Assembly (NCBI GenBank): GCA_963765495.1
Contig: CAVXWP010000006.1
Coordinates: 160,001 to 224,000, forward strand
Origin: Blastocatellia bacterium
GTDB taxonomy: Bacteria; Acidobacteriota; Blastocatellia; UBA7656
Reading direction: 5' to 3'
DNA length: 64,000 nt
Part shown: positions 42,168 to 52,653 of the stretch, one piece after another
Numbering within the stretch: position 1 is the stretch's first letter
Layout: each line of letters opens with the position of its first letter
Translations under genes and position numbers: made by a program
The notes under the pieces: model-generated
Database searches by the model: none
Told to the model about the DNA's origin: nothing
The model's input: only the letters and a program-made list of their open reading frames with translations

Positions 42168-42339
42168 GGGGGCCAGGGGTCGGGGGCCGGTAATCTTGAA
42201 GTCAGCACGATTCTAACCTGCGAAAATCTATCTGATCCACGCCCGTCCTGCTCTATTTCCAATATCCTGATTATGCGGATAGATTCAAAAGTATAGACCC
42301 GATGCTAACCGGCCCCTGGCCCCCGGCCCCCGGCCCCCC
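42168..42339. repeat. Inverted heptamer element (GGGGCCG ... CGGCCCC); the right arm is translated as the LpxK C-terminus
   Basis: gggggccaggggtcgggggccgg ... ccggcccctggcccccggcccccggcccc. Confidence 0.8.
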
Positions 42340-43426
42340 TGAACTGAGTTCTCAGAAGGAGGCTTTTGATTCTGATCTCATCCTCGCTTTGTATTTCAAG
42401 CTGCGCGGCATAGATTGGAACTTCGCCCAGTTTTAGGGCTTCGAGCCGCGCGGCATCCTTTTCAGTCGTGATTATGGCATCAACGCCTTCCTGAACTGCC
42501 GAAGCGAGGATGCTATTCACATCCTCTTGAGTGAATGCATGATGGTCGGCAAAGAAATGCTCACTTGCGATGCTCAACCCTAATTGCAAAAGGTCCTGAG
42601 AAAAAGCGCGCGGGTTGCCGATACCGCACATCACGGCTACGTTCCAGCCCGCAAACTGATCCGCATCATAAAGCTCGCCCGTTTCGAGATGGCGAAAATG
42701 CGTGATGGTTGAATAGGCATACATCACAGGCACCTTCTCTCCGCAGAAATATTTGATAATAGCGTTTGTCTGTCCCTGATCGAACGGACGGTCTGCGCGA
42801 GTGACGATTACGGCATCCGCTCGCCTGATTCCATAAAGCGGCTCGCGCAGGCGACCAAATGGGACCATCTCGAAGCTGCCAAAGGGATCGGTAGCATCAA
42901 TCAGCAGGATGTTCAGATCGCGCTCAAGCGCCAGATGCTGATAGGCATCATCGAGTATCAATACCTGAGAGCCGAATTCGGTTTGAGCAAGCATCCCGCT
43001 TTCGCGGCGATTTTTGTCTATTATTATGGGAACTTCGGGCAGAGCCCGGGCAAGCATCACAGGCTCATCTCCGAATGTAAGATAATCGAGCGCGCCTTGC
43101 TCGCCCTGATTCGGCCCTCTCGGGTTATTTAGCACAAGCCGCCCCCGTGTCTTGCGCCCGTATCCGCGTGTGAGAATCGCTACGTTGTAGCCTTCTTCCT
43201 TGAGGTAGCGAGCGATGTAGGCAACCATAGGCGTTTTGCCCGTTCCTCCGAGCGTGATGTTGCCGACGCTGATGACGGTCGCAGCAAGGCGTTCTGACTT
43301 CAGGTAATTCGTTTCATAAGCCGCGACGCGCAAACGAACGCCAAGCTCATAGAGCCGGGCAGGCAGCCACAGCAAAGCGCGCTTGAGCTTTTCCCGCTTT
43401 TCAATCACAGGGTCGCTCCGAATCAA
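42305..43426 (-). CDS. lpxK: Tetraacyldisaccharide 4'-kinase
   Basis: 'SVGNITLGGTGKTP', 'ILDDAYQH', 'GRLRE', 'TTEKDAARL'. Confidence 0.95.
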   Translation of the reverse strand: MIRSDPVIEKREKLKRALLWLPARLYELGVRLRVAAYETNYLKSERLAATVISVGNITLGGTGKTPMVAYIARYLKEEGYNVAILTRGYGRKTRGRLVLNNPRGPNQGEQGALDYLTFGDEPVMLARALPEVPIIIDKNRRESGMLAQTEFGSQVLILDDAYQHLALERDLNILLIDATDPFGSFEMVPFGRLREPLYGIRRADAVIVTRADRPFDQGQTNAIIKYFCGEKVPVMYAYSTITHFRHLETGELYDADQFAGWNVAVMCGIGNPRAFSQDLLQLGLSIASEHFFADHHAFTQEDVNSILASAVQEGVDAIITTEKDAARLEALKLGEVPIYAAQLEIQSEDEIRIKSLLLRTQFRGAGGRGPGAG

Positions 43427-44858
43427 TCGAACCGTAAATGCTCGTATCGAGCGCCCTTTTTATTGCGACAACACTACAACGGGTCGCTCCTCGATTCTGC
43501 GTCAAAAGCCTTTGCGCCCGCGCCCCCATAGCCCGGGCCGCCTGCGCGTCCGACAATAGTCGGATGAGTTCGCGAGTCAATTCAACAGCCGGGTTGCCAT
43601 CCACATTGCTTGTTTGAACAAGAGCATCAGCGGATTTGAAATCTGAAACGATCTGGCGGAAGTTTTCCATGTAGGGGCCGACAATGATTGGTTTTGCGTA
43701 AACGGCAGGCTCGATTATATTGTGGCCGCCGCGCGGGACGAGGCTTCCGCCAATAAAGACTACGGAGGCGAAGCGATAAACTTCGGCAAGCTCTCCTATC
43801 GTATCGAGCAAGACGACCTCCGCAGATTCAAAGGCGCTCGCAGGAAAATCATCCGCGAATTGAGAGCGGCGGATAAAGTGAAACCCCGACTGAGCGATCA
43901 CCTCGGCAACCTCATCGAACCTTTCAGGATGGCGCGGAGCCAGCATCAGGCATACGTTTTCGAGCCCGGCGCTGCTGCGAATATCTCGAAGCGAGTCAAG
44001 CAATGTCTTCTCTTCACCCGGCGCGGTGCTGCCCGCGACGATCAGGGGGCCAGCTTCGCGGGGGCCGGGGGGTGATAATGTAGGCAGAGTTTCTGTGGCT
44101 TCCCGTGTTGACGCTACGCCCGGCAAGTCTGTACTCGCGCTATCTTTACCGGCCCCCGACACATGATCCCTGACTCTTGGCGAAGCCCCGGCCCCCGGCC
44201 CCCGGCCCCCGGCCCCTATATCGTATTTCAGATTTCCGCACACCAGAACGCTTTCAGGTCGAGCGCCAAGCTGTCGAGCGCGTTCGGCGTCGGCTTCCGA
44301 TTGCACGATCAGAAGCGTTATGTCTTCGAGCATACGCCCGACAAAGCGGCGGAATCTTTTGTAACCGGCAAAGGAGCGAGGCGAAATTCTTCCGTTGACT
44401 ATTGCCGTTATTACCTCTCGCCTGCGGCATTCGCGCAGAAAGTTGGGCCAGAGTTCCGTCTCAAGTATTATCACCGCCGCCGGACGGATGTGATCGAGCG
44501 CGCGGCGAACGGCGAATACCCAGTCGAATGGAAAATAGAAGACCGCATCGAATGAGTCGCTCCTGTGCGAAAGGGCAAGCTGCTGGCCGGTGAGTGTTGT
44601 TGTAGAGACGACTATCCTGCACCCGGGCATCTCTTGTCGCAGGCGCTCGATCAGCGGGCGGGCCGCGTTGAATTCGCCTACCGATACGGCGTGCACCCAG
44701 ATGGTTGGGCGATCATTTTCGCGCAAGGCTTCGGGCAGCAGGCCCAGCCTCTGTTTGAAACTCCCTGTATACTTGCCGTGCCTGACGGCTTGAAAGATGA
44801 GATAGGGTAACAGGAACAGAAAGAGCAGCGTGAGAGCCAGGCTGTATAGAAAGTACAT
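43401..44858 (-). CDS. waaA: 3-deoxy-D-manno-octulosonic acid (Kdo) transferase
   Basis: 'WVHAVSVGE', 'ETELWPN', 'APRHPERF', 'DTIGEL', 'GGHNIIEP'. Confidence 0.95.
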   Translation of the reverse strand: MYFLYSLALTLLFLFLLPYLIFQAVRHGKYTGSFKQRLGLLPEALRENDRPTIWVHAVSVGEFNAARPLIERLRQEMPGCRIVVSTTTLTGQQLALSHRSDSFDAVFYFPFDWVFAVRRALDHIRPAAVIILETELWPNFLRECRRREVITAIVNGRISPRSFAGYKRFRRFVGRMLEDITLLIVQSEADAERARQLGARPESVLVCGNLKYDIGAGGRGPGAGASPRVRDHVSGAGKDSASTDLPGVASTREATETLPTLSPPGPREAGPLIVAGSTAPGEEKTLLDSLRDIRSSAGLENVCLMLAPRHPERFDEVAEVIAQSGFHFIRRSQFADDFPASAFESAEVVLLDTIGELAEVYRFASVVFIGGSLVPRGGHNIIEPAVYAKPIIVGPYMENFRQIVSDFKSADALVQTSNVDGNPAVELTRELIRLLSDAQAARAMGARAQRLLTQNRGATRCSVVAIKRALDTSIYGSIDSERPCD

Positions 44859-44879
44859 GGCCAGTGGTTGCCGGTTGCG

Positions 44880-44926
44880 GGTAGAGACGTGAAAAAGGCT
44901 CGACGGGCCTCTTTCACGTCTCTACC
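44880..44926. terminator. Strong hairpin between efp and waaA
   Basis: 15-bp perfect stem ggtagagacgtgaaa/tttcacgtctctacc. Confidence 0.7.
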
Positions 44927-44951
44927 AGTTTGCGCCGAAGTCCTCGGCGGC

Positions 44952-45509
44952 CTACTTCGCGCGCTCCAGATAAGTGCCCTTGGACGGGTCTACACGGATG
45001 CGGTCGCCTTCCTTTATGAAAGGAGGCACCTGCACGGTAACACCCGTTTCGAGAGTGGCAGGCTTTGGGCTGTTTGATGCGGTAGCGCCCTTCAATTCCG
45101 GTGTGGTCTCGACCACCGTAAGCTCGACGGAGGGCGGAAGCTCGACGCCTATTGGCGCGCCCTCGAAAAACTCGACCTTGATCTTTGTGCCCGCAACGAT
45201 ATAGCTGGTCGAATCTCCAAGTGATTCGGTATCAAGCGCGGTCTGCTCGAAAGTCTCCGTATTCATGAAATGATACAAATCGCCATCCGTATAGAGATAC
45301 TCCATCTCGTGTTCTTCGAGCATGGCACGCTCTATGTTTTCCGTAGAGCTGAAACGCACTTCGGTCGAAGAGCCGCTCTTGAGATTTCGAAGCTTGGCCT
45401 GCACAAAGGCGCGAAGATTGCCCGGCGTGCGGTGCTGGAAATCAAGCACGCGATGCGGCGCTTCGTTATAGATAATTATCATCCCGCGACGGATGTCATT
45501 GGCTTGCAT
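44952..45509 (-). CDS. efp: Elongation factor P
   Basis: '[12 protein letters not shown]', 'KPATLETG', 'VPPFIKEGD'. Confidence 0.95.
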   Translation of the reverse strand: MQANDIRRGMIIIYNEAPHRVLDFQHRTPGNLRAFVQAKLRNLKSGSSTEVRFSSTENIERAMLEEHEMEYLYTDGDLYHFMNTETFEQTALDTESLGDSTSYIVAGTKIKVEFFEGAPIGVELPPSVELTVVETTPELKGATASNSPKPATLETGVTVQVPPFIKEGDRIRVDPSKGTYLERAK

Positions 45510-45639
45510 AATGATTCAATCCCCTTTTCAAAATATAGACTATCAGTAAAAAAATCGGCCATCGGGCCAACCCAGTAAAATACCGTATCCGGCTTGTAAG
45601 GCGCAAGGCCGTCGACTTGCAGTAAGAGTTCAGCAGTAG

Positions 45640-45706
45640 CCACAGAGGCGCAGAGGCACAGAGATAAGATTATAAAAAATCTCTGTGTCTTTGTGTCTCT
45701 GTGGCA
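45640..45706. repeat. Inverted short-repeat element (CACAGAG ... CTCTGTG)
   Basis: ccacagaggcgcagaggcacagaga ... tctctgtgtctttgtgtctctgtgg. Confidence 0.8.
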
Positions 45707-45856
45707 AATTTTCTTCCTTTCTGAACAGATACGACTTGCAGGCTCGTTTGTCATCTCGATGTTCCACTCGCGGCTGCTTTTCTTTTTTGGTTCTTTGAAT
45801 TATGATGCCACACGAACTTACCCACAAAAACGAGAGAAACGGACAGGGATAATTTT

Positions 45857-47554
45857 ATGTCCAAACAGGAAATCTACGATGCAATCATAGTCGGGTCGGG
45901 GGCCACGGGCGGGTGGGCCGCAAAGGAGCTGGCAGAAAAGGGGATGCGCGTGATCGTGCTCGAAGCGGGCCGCAAGCTCGATCCTGAGAAGGACTTTCGC
46001 GAGCATACCTGGCCCTACGAATTAAAATACCGCGACGCACTCGGGCGCGCGCTCTTGAGCAAGCGCCAGCCGATTCAATCGAAGTGCTACGCCTGTAACG
46101 AGTACGGCCATCACTTTTTCATAGACGACATGGATAACCCTTACACGACGCCCGAAGGAAAGCCCTTCGAATGGATACGAGGCCGTCAGGTCGGCGGTCG
46201 GACAATCATGTGGGGGCGGCAGGTCTATCGGCTGTCGGATTACGAATTGAAGGCGGCGAGCCACGATGGATACGGCGACGACTGGCCTATCTCTTATGCC
46301 GAGCTTGCGCCTTATTACGACCGGGTGGAATCGTTTATCGGCGTGAGCGGTTCTTATGAGAACCTGCCGCAACTTCCCGACGGGAAATTCCTGCCCGCGA
46401 TGAACATGACCTGCGGTGAGTGGCTGCTCAAAAACTCGGTTGAAAAGAGGTGGAAAGACCGCCGCGTTACGATAGGCCGCGCGGCGATTCTCACGCAGAA
46501 TCACAACGGGCGGGCCCGTTGTCATTATTGCGGCCACTGCGACCGGGGATGCACTACGTGGTCTTATTTCAGCAGCCCCGGTTCTACGCTTCCGGCGGCG
46601 GCAAAGACCGGCAAAATGACGCTCAGACCCAACACCGTAGCCTCCCACATCCTGATCGATACAAACACGGGCAAGGCCAATGGCGTGGCCGTCATCGATC
46701 AGATCACAAAGAAAGCCTCAGAGGTAATGGGTCGCGTCGTTGTGCTTTGCGCCTCGACTATCGAATCGACGCGGCTTATGCTAAACAGCGCCACACGCCA
46801 GCACCCTGCCGGTCTTGGCAATTCTTCGGATGTGCTGGGGCGCTATCTGATGGATCATATGTATGGAGTTTCAGTCGGCGGGCTTGTGCCGAGCGTAGCC
46901 AATTATCCTTACAACTACGACGACGGGCGGGCAAACGGCATCTACATCCCGAAATTCAGAAACATCACCGAGCGGCATCCGAAATTCATACGAGGATACG
47001 GCATACAGGGCGGCGTGCAGCGCGGAATGCTGCCGGCCACTATCGGGTCGATTCCGGGGTTCGGCTCGGAGTTTAAGCGGATGGTTCGTGATGAAAAGGC
47101 TCCCGCGCCTTTCCGAATGACGGCCTTTGGCGAGATGCTCGCGCGAAAAGAGAATCGCGTGACGATAAACAAAGATGTGAAAGACGCATGGGGCATTCCC
47201 GTCACCCACATCGAATGCACGCATTCGGATAACGAGCGCGAGATGGCGCGCGACCAGATTGAAACCCTCAAAGAGATGGCTCACGAAGCGGGGTTCGAAA
47301 CCATGTTTGCGAATACGATTTTGCGCCCGCCCGGACTCTGCATACACGAAATCGGGACCGCTCGCATGGGTGACGATCCGAAAACCTCGGTGCTCAACAA
47401 GTACAATCAAAGCTGGGATGTGAAGAACCTGTTTGTCACAGACGGAGCCGCCTTCGTATCCTCGGGCTGTCAAAATCCCACGCTCACAATGATGGCTCTC
47501 ACCGTTCGCGCCTGCGATTACCTCGCGGAAGAGTACAAAAAAGGCAACCTCTAA
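45857..47554 (+). CDS. GMC-family oxidoreductase
   Basis: 'VGSGATGG', 'VGGRTIMWG', 'HEIGTARMG', '[10 protein letters not shown]'. Confidence 0.93.
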   Translation: MSKQEIYDAIIVGSGATGGWAAKELAEKGMRVIVLEAGRKLDPEKDFREHTWPYELKYRDALGRALLSKRQPIQSKCYACNEYGHHFFIDDMDNPYTTPEGKPFEWIRGRQVGGRTIMWGRQVYRLSDYELKAASHDGYGDDWPISYAELAPYYDRVESFIGVSGSYENLPQLPDGKFLPAMNMTCGEWLLKNSVEKRWKDRRVTIGRAAILTQNHNGRARCHYCGHCDRGCTTWSYFSSPGSTLPAAAKTGKMTLRPNTVASHILIDTNTGKANGVAVIDQITKKASEVMGRVVVLCASTIESTRLMLNSATRQHPAGLGNSSDVLGRYLMDHMYGVSVGGLVPSVANYPYNYDDGRANGIYIPKFRNITERHPKFIRGYGIQGGVQRGMLPATIGSIPGFGSEFKRMVRDEKAPAPFRMTAFGEMLARKENRVTINKDVKDAWGIPVTHIECTHSDNEREMARDQIETLKEMAHEAGFETMFANTILRPPGLCIHEIGTARMGDDPKTSVLNKYNQSWDVKNLFVTDGAAFVSSGCQNPTLTMMALTVRACDYLAEEYKKGNL

Positions 47555-47558
47555 ATAA

Positions 47559-47673
47559 GGGATGAGGGATGAAGGATGAAGGATGAAAAAGATTGTAGCG
47601 TGAAGCCTCGTTGAAAAGCGGCTTGCCGGTTATCGAGATAGTTCCTGACAGTCCTTTTCATCCCTCATCCCTC
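47559..47673. repeat. Inverted heptamer element (GGATGAA ... TTCATCC)
   Basis: gggatgagggatgaaggatgaaggatgaa ... ttcatccctcatccc. Confidence 0.8.
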
Positions 47674-47865
47674 TCTTGTTCTTACCTGAAAGCAGGGCTA
47701 AAATAGCGCCAACGAACACCGGGTGGGTTAATTATCTTCGGGTATTCGCTCCACGCTGCGGTAAGAGAGCGGCCTCCAAAAGCCACCTCCCATCCTGCAG
47801 AACAGGCGGTTTTCAACCTTACTGAAATCGCCGGACTATCCTCAATAAAGTCAGGAGGTATTTGT

Positions 47866-50800
47866 ATGCGCGATTCAATCAAAAATCCTCGCGGACTTTT
47901 CCGTCTGCTAAACACGCGGAAAGGATCGAAACCATTTCGAGCCATAATGATTACGATCTTGATTTGCGCCTGCGTGGGCGGGTCGGCAACGCCCTGCTGC
48001 CTCGCCACGACCCTTGCGACGCAGACCTTTCGTGGCACGATCCTCGGAACGCTTACAGATTCGAGCGGCGCGGCGCTTTCCGATGTCGGTGTCACAGCCA
48101 GAAATGCGCAGACCGGCATCGAGCGCTCGACCACAACCGACGCGGACGGCAATTACAGCATACCTGAATTGCCTATAGGTATTTATGAAGTGACGTTTCA
48201 AAAATCAGGATTTCAAAATACTAAAGTGACCGAAGTAAAAGTAGAGATCGCAAGCGAGCGGCGCGTTGATGCCTCGCTACCGGCAGCGGGCGGAACCGAA
48301 AGCCTCGAAATCCGCGCCGATGCCATTCAGGTCGAAACGACTGACAATACTTTAGGCGGCACGATTCGAACTAAAGAGGTCGAAGACCTGCCGATCAACG
48401 GACGCGACTTTACAAAGTTTCTTGTGCTTGTTCCGGGCGCTACGGGCGATCCTTCGGGGGCTACGGATTCGCCCGGCTCCTTTGGTCTGTTCAGCGCAAA
48501 CGGCAATCGAGGCCGGTCGAACAACTACCTGCTCGACGGCACGGATATGAACGACGGCTACAGAAACCTGCCCGCCATAAACGAGGCCGGAGTCTTTGGC
48601 ACACCCGCTACTATACTGCCCGTGGAAGCCATAGCCGAAGCGGCAATACTTTCGAATTTTGAATCGGAGTATGGCCGCAATTCCGGCGCGGTCGTAAATA
48701 TAGTCACAAAATCGGGAACGAACGATATTCACGGCTCGGTCTTTGAATACTTTCGAAATAACGTGCTGGACGCCAGAAATTTTTTCAACCCCGAGCCGGA
48801 TTCCCAAACCGCTTTTCGAAATAACCAGTTCGGGCTGGCGCTCGGCGGACCCATCGTTCGAAACAAGACTTTCTGGTTTACGAGCTATGAAGGGCAGCGC
48901 GAGCGCGTGGGTTTGAATTCGGTTGCCCGCGTGCCTGACCCGCGCGAGATAGCCGCGCTTGGCGGGCCGAAAAACCCGGTCATCCGCGCGCTGCTTGACC
49001 GCAATCCGTGGCCCGCGCCTAACAGGCCCGTCCCGCTTTTTGATCCTTCCCCGAACCTGTTTGTTACCACCCCGGCCAGCAACGATGTCGATAGCTTTAT
49101 CGCCAAGATAGACCATTCGTTCAACGAGCAGAACCAGTTGACGGGTCGCTACTATTACGGCAACAGCGATCAATCATTCCCGCTTGCCATACTTGCCGGC
49201 AACGTCCTGCCCGGCTTCAATACGATCACGCCCACCCGCGTACAACTGGTTTCGCTTTCGTATCTGAAGGTTTTTTCGCCGACAAAGATCAACGAAGCCA
49301 GAGTCGGCTACAACCGATTTACGGAAAGCTTCTTTCCCGAAGACAGCGATTTCGACCCGCGCTCTATAGGGCTAAACACAGGCGTTCAGGGAGCGCAGGA
49401 TTTCGGTCTTCCCTTTATCCGCATCAGAAACGATCCCTTTCTTGGTTCGTCAATCGCCTCGCTCGGCTCCACGCTCTCGGTTCCACGCGGGCGCGTAGAT
49501 ACAAACTGGCATTTCATCGATAACTTCACCCGGAAATTCACGCGCCACGAATTCAAGCTCGGTTATGAATTCCGCCGCACCTTTGTAAACGGATTTTTCG
49601 ACGCCGGGTATCGCGGGCGGCTCGATTTCGCATCGCTTGAGGATTTCCTCGCGGGCGCGCTCGACGGGGGCCGCTCGGCTCAGGGCGATTCGCGGCGCGG
49701 AACCTCTCAAAACTCGCACGCCGCCTACCTGCAAGACAACTTCCGATGGAGCCGCACGCTGACCTTTAATCTCGGGCTTCGCTACGATTACTTTGGAGTG
49801 ATTGATGAAGAACGCGGAAGGTTCAGCAACTTCGACCCCGCGCGCGGGCTTGTCCTTGTTGGCGCGGGCGGCGCGAACCGCCTCTATGATCGCGACCTGA
49901 ACAATTTCTCTCCGCGAGTGGGTGTTGCCTGGGACTTGAACGGAAAAGGCAAAACGGTTGTGCGGGCCGGGTGGGGATTCTTTTATGATGCGTTTTCGCA
50001 GGATTTCTTTGTAGGCCAGCTTCCGTTCAACACCTTCAATCCCGGCCCTGCTTACAACCCCGTAGGCCCGGCCCCGGTCCTGTTTTCCTTCTCAACCGTG
50101 AGCACGATTCGACCCGGCGTGCCGATCTTTACAGATTATCTGGATTCGGATGTCTTCGCCGTAGACCGTCATCTGCGTACGCCGTATATTCAAAATTACA
50201 ACCTGAACATCCAGCGCGAACTGTCGAAGGACATAATCTTTCAGATTGGTTATGTAGGTTCACACGGGACGAAGCTTTTTCGTTATCGCGACATCAATCA
50301 GCCGCCGAACCCGTCTGTCTCCACGGCGCGGCCTTTCGATAACGGGCCGTTTGCGCCGTCGGGCGGGACCTTTTTTTATGTCAATCAGCTTGAGACCACG
50401 GCGAATTCCAATTACAACGCCTTGCAGACGAGCCTCTCTTTGCGCGAACGTCGCGGTTTCACTTCGACGATCAACTACACCTGGTCGCACTCGATAGACA
50501 ACGCATCGGACGGGCAGGATTACGTAGCCAACGCCACCCAGCCGGATAACAGCTTTCGCCCCGATCAGGAGAGAGCCAGTTCGAATTTCGACAATCGCCA
50601 GAGGCTTGTCTGGACCTTCGGTTATGATGTGCCGAACCTTTTGAAACACCATCCGAGGATAGGCGGCGGCTGGCAACTAAACGGCATAGCCACGCTCAGA
50701 AGCGGCAACCCGTTTCACGTAGTCTTGTTTGACGATTACAACGGCACGGGCGAATTCTTTCCGCGCCCCGATCTGGTTGGCGATCCATACTCAGGCACAC

Positions 50801-51228
50801 GCTCGCCGGATAACTTCCTCAACCTGTCGGCATTTCAGGTGCCGTGCACGCTCGACCCCTCGGGAGACGGCAGCGCCGCTTCCTGCATACCCGGCACGCA
50901 GCATTTCGGAAGCCTAGGGCGCAATTCGCTTGTCGGTCCCGATTATCGCAACTTCGATTTTTCGATAATCAAAACGACACCTCTGACCGAGCGAGTAAAG
51001 TTACAGCTTCGAGCCGAGGCCTTTAATCTTTTCAATCACCCGAATTTCTCGTCGCCGCTACTTCCGGGCTTTTCAGCTGATGCGAGTTTTAACGGGATCG
51101 ACCCTGTGACAGGGCGCGGCATAGGGTTTTTGCCGATCACCGTTACGCCCGATGTGGGTATTGGAAATCCGTTTCTGGGAGGTGGCGGGTCGCGCAATAT
51201 TCAACTCGCGGCCCGACTGACTTTCTGA
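47866..51228 (+). CDS. TonB-dependent receptor (Oar-like) with an N-terminal carboxypeptidase-regulatory-like domain
   Basis: 'GTILGTLTDSSGA', 'LPINGRDF', 'VTKSGTN', 'RAEAFNLFNHPNF', terminal 'ARLTF'. Confidence 0.93.
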   Translation: MRDSIKNPRGLFRLLNTRKGSKPFRAIMITILICACVGGSATPCCLATTLATQTFRGTILGTLTDSSGAALSDVGVTARNAQTGIERSTTTDADGNYSIPELPIGIYEVTFQKSGFQNTKVTEVKVEIASERRVDASLPAAGGTESLEIRADAIQVETTDNTLGGTIRTKEVEDLPINGRDFTKFLVLVPGATGDPSGATDSPGSFGLFSANGNRGRSNNYLLDGTDMNDGYRNLPAINEAGVFGTPATILPVEAIAEAAILSNFESEYGRNSGAVVNIVTKSGTNDIHGSVFEYFRNNVLDARNFFNPEPDSQTAFRNNQFGLALGGPIVRNKTFWFTSYEGQRERVGLNSVARVPDPREIAALGGPKNPVIRALLDRNPWPAPNRPVPLFDPSPNLFVTTPASNDVDSFIAKIDHSFNEQNQLTGRYYYGNSDQSFPLAILAGNVLPGFNTITPTRVQLVSLSYLKVFSPTKINEARVGYNRFTESFFPEDSDFDPRSIGLNTGVQGAQDFGLPFIRIRNDPFLGSSIASLGSTLSVPRGRVDTNWHFIDNFTRKFTRHEFKLGYEFRRTFVNGFFDAGYRGRLDFASLEDFLAGALDGGRSAQGDSRRGTSQNSHAAYLQDNFRWSRTLTFNLGLRYDYFGVIDEERGRFSNFDPARGLVLVGAGGANRLYDRDLNNFSPRVGVAWDLNGKGKTVVRAGWGFFYDAFSQDFFVGQLPFNTFNPGPAYNPVGPAPVLFSFSTVSTIRPGVPIFTDYLDSDVFAVDRHLRTPYIQNYNLNIQRELSKDIIFQIGYVGSHGTKLFRYRDINQPPNPSVSTARPFDNGPFAPSGGTFFYVNQLETTANSNYNALQTSLSLRERRGFTSTINYTWSHSIDNASDGQDYVANATQPDNSFRPDQERASSNFDNRQRLVWTFGYDVPNLLKHHPRIGGGWQLNGIATLRSGNPFHVVLFDDYNGTGEFFPRPDLVGDPYSGTRSPDNFLNLSAFQVPCTLDPSGDGSAASCIPGTQHFGSLGRNSLVGPDYRNFDFSIIKTTPLTERVKLQLRAEAFNLFNHPNFSSPLLPGFSADASFNGIDPVTGRGIGFLPITVTPDVGIGNPFLGGGGSRNIQLAARLTF

Positions 51229-51341
51229 TGCGTGACGCGTGATGCGTGAAAAGATTTAGACAGGATTAACAGGATTAGATTGGACTTGACAAGATACTCT
51301 TTCTTGTCTGATCCTTTTGAATCCTGTCTACGAATCACGCT
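51226..51341. repeat. Composite element: CGTGATN arms enclosing GACAGGATT...AATCCTGTC arms
   Basis: tgatgcgtgacgcgtgatgcgtga ... gacaggattaacaggatt ... aatcctgtc ... aatcacgc. Confidence 0.7.
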
Positions 51342-51425
51342 TCGCCTTGTCTCAACTTTTTTTGAATTGTTTTCGGGCCTCTTTGCGTCCAAACAGATAT
51401 AAAAATCTGCATGGAGGTAAAGCCG

Positions 51426-52181
51426 ATGAATCGTCCCGAAACTTTTTCAAAGGCAGTATGGCTGACAACGCTAATACTGGTTTTCGCGCGGCCCGGGTTT
51501 GCTCAATCGGGCCAGCCCGGTGAGCGAACCGTCCCGCGATTTACAAGGGCCGTCGTCGTTGATGACAGGCTCTCGGCGCTCAGAGAGGAAGCCGATCAGC
51601 AATCACCCGTTAAACAACGATTGCGGCTCGGTCGTAAGGTCTACATTTTCGGATCGAAGGGCGGCACACCCGTTTGGCCCCGGTTTTATCGCGTAGCGGT
51701 GACCAGACGCACTCGCGGGTGGGTGCATCATCAGGCCATAGCGGTGCCGGGCCGCAGAGGCGAAGATGAAAGGGTGATAAGATTGATCGAGGAGACGACA
51801 GATTCGCTTGATAAAATAGCGCTCTGCCGAATCTTTATGGAGCACTTCAATCATTCGCCGCTCGCTGCTCGCGCCTTGCTTCATCTGGCCGAAGAGAGCG
51901 ACCGGGCAGCCGATGCGCTCACGCGCCGGGCGCGCAAGCGGCTCGCCGATCTGAAGAAAGATGACACCGATGTCGATCTGCGCGATTTCTATCTCAACGA
52001 CCCGGGGCTGGATCGCTACAGCAAATTGCGCGTCAGGTTTGACTTCGAAGAAGCGACCGCCTCTTATGCCTATGACGGGCAGGCTTATCGCGACATCATA
52101 AGGCGATTTCCCGCAAGCGAAGAAGCCGCCCGCTCTCGCAAGCGGCTCATGAGGCAACATCAGCCCGCAAATGCGCCCTGA
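51426..52181 (+). CDS. Secreted hypothetical protein (SH3-like N-domain, helical TPR-like C-part)
   Basis: GGAGGT SD; signal peptide; 'SALREEAD...RGWVH'. Confidence 0.65.
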   Translation: MNRPETFSKAVWLTTLILVFARPGFAQSGQPGERTVPRFTRAVVVDDRLSALREEADQQSPVKQRLRLGRKVYIFGSKGGTPVWPRFYRVAVTRRTRGWVHHQAIAVPGRRGEDERVIRLIEETTDSLDKIALCRIFMEHFNHSPLAARALLHLAEESDRAADALTRRARKRLADLKKDDTDVDLRDFYLNDPGLDRYSKLRVRFDFEEATASYAYDGQAYRDIIRRFPASEEAARSRKRLMRQHQPANAP

Positions 52182-52291
52182 CGCTTGTGCATCTTGCAAA
52201 ACATGAGCGTTTCGGTTTAGATTTTTCGAGGTTGAGAATCCATAGCGCGGTAATGGACGAGCGCGCACACGATGACGGAGGAATAGAAAAA

Positions 52292-52468
52292 ATGCCAAGA
52301 GGAACCTGCCCTGAATGCGACGCCGAAGTTCAGGTGGACGAAGACGTAGACAAAGGCGATGTAGTCGAATGCCTGGATTGCGGTACGGCATTGGAAGTAG
52401 TAGGCCTGGACCCGATAGAGCTTGACGTAGCAATGGAAGAAGAAGAGGAAGACTGGACTGAATCATAA
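52292..52468 (+). CDS. LysW-like zinc-ribbon acidic carrier protein
   Basis: 'CPECDA', 'CLDCG', 'LEVVGLDP', acidic tail 'EEEEEDWTES'. Confidence 0.8.
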   Translation: MPRGTCPECDAEVQVDEDVDKGDVVECLDCGTALEVVGLDPIELDVAMEEEEEDWTES

Positions 52469-52514
52469 AATCAGTTCTTGTGAATTTGTAAAACTTATTC
52501 CCGACCTTTGAAAT

Positions 52515-52540
52515 AGAAGCTGCCTTTCGAGGTGGCTTCT
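52515..52540 (+). terminator. Hairpin with a UUCG tetraloop after the LysW-like gene
   Basis: agaagctgcct-ttcg-aggtggcttct. Confidence 0.7.
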
Positions 52541-52653
52541 TCACTTATTGCGTGCCCGTTTTTTATGCCTCGCATCGCCCGGCGTTTGTCTGTAGCGAGC
52601 GCGCAAGTTAGAATGAGGTTTCACATCCGAAGGTTTGATCAAAGGAAACGGGA

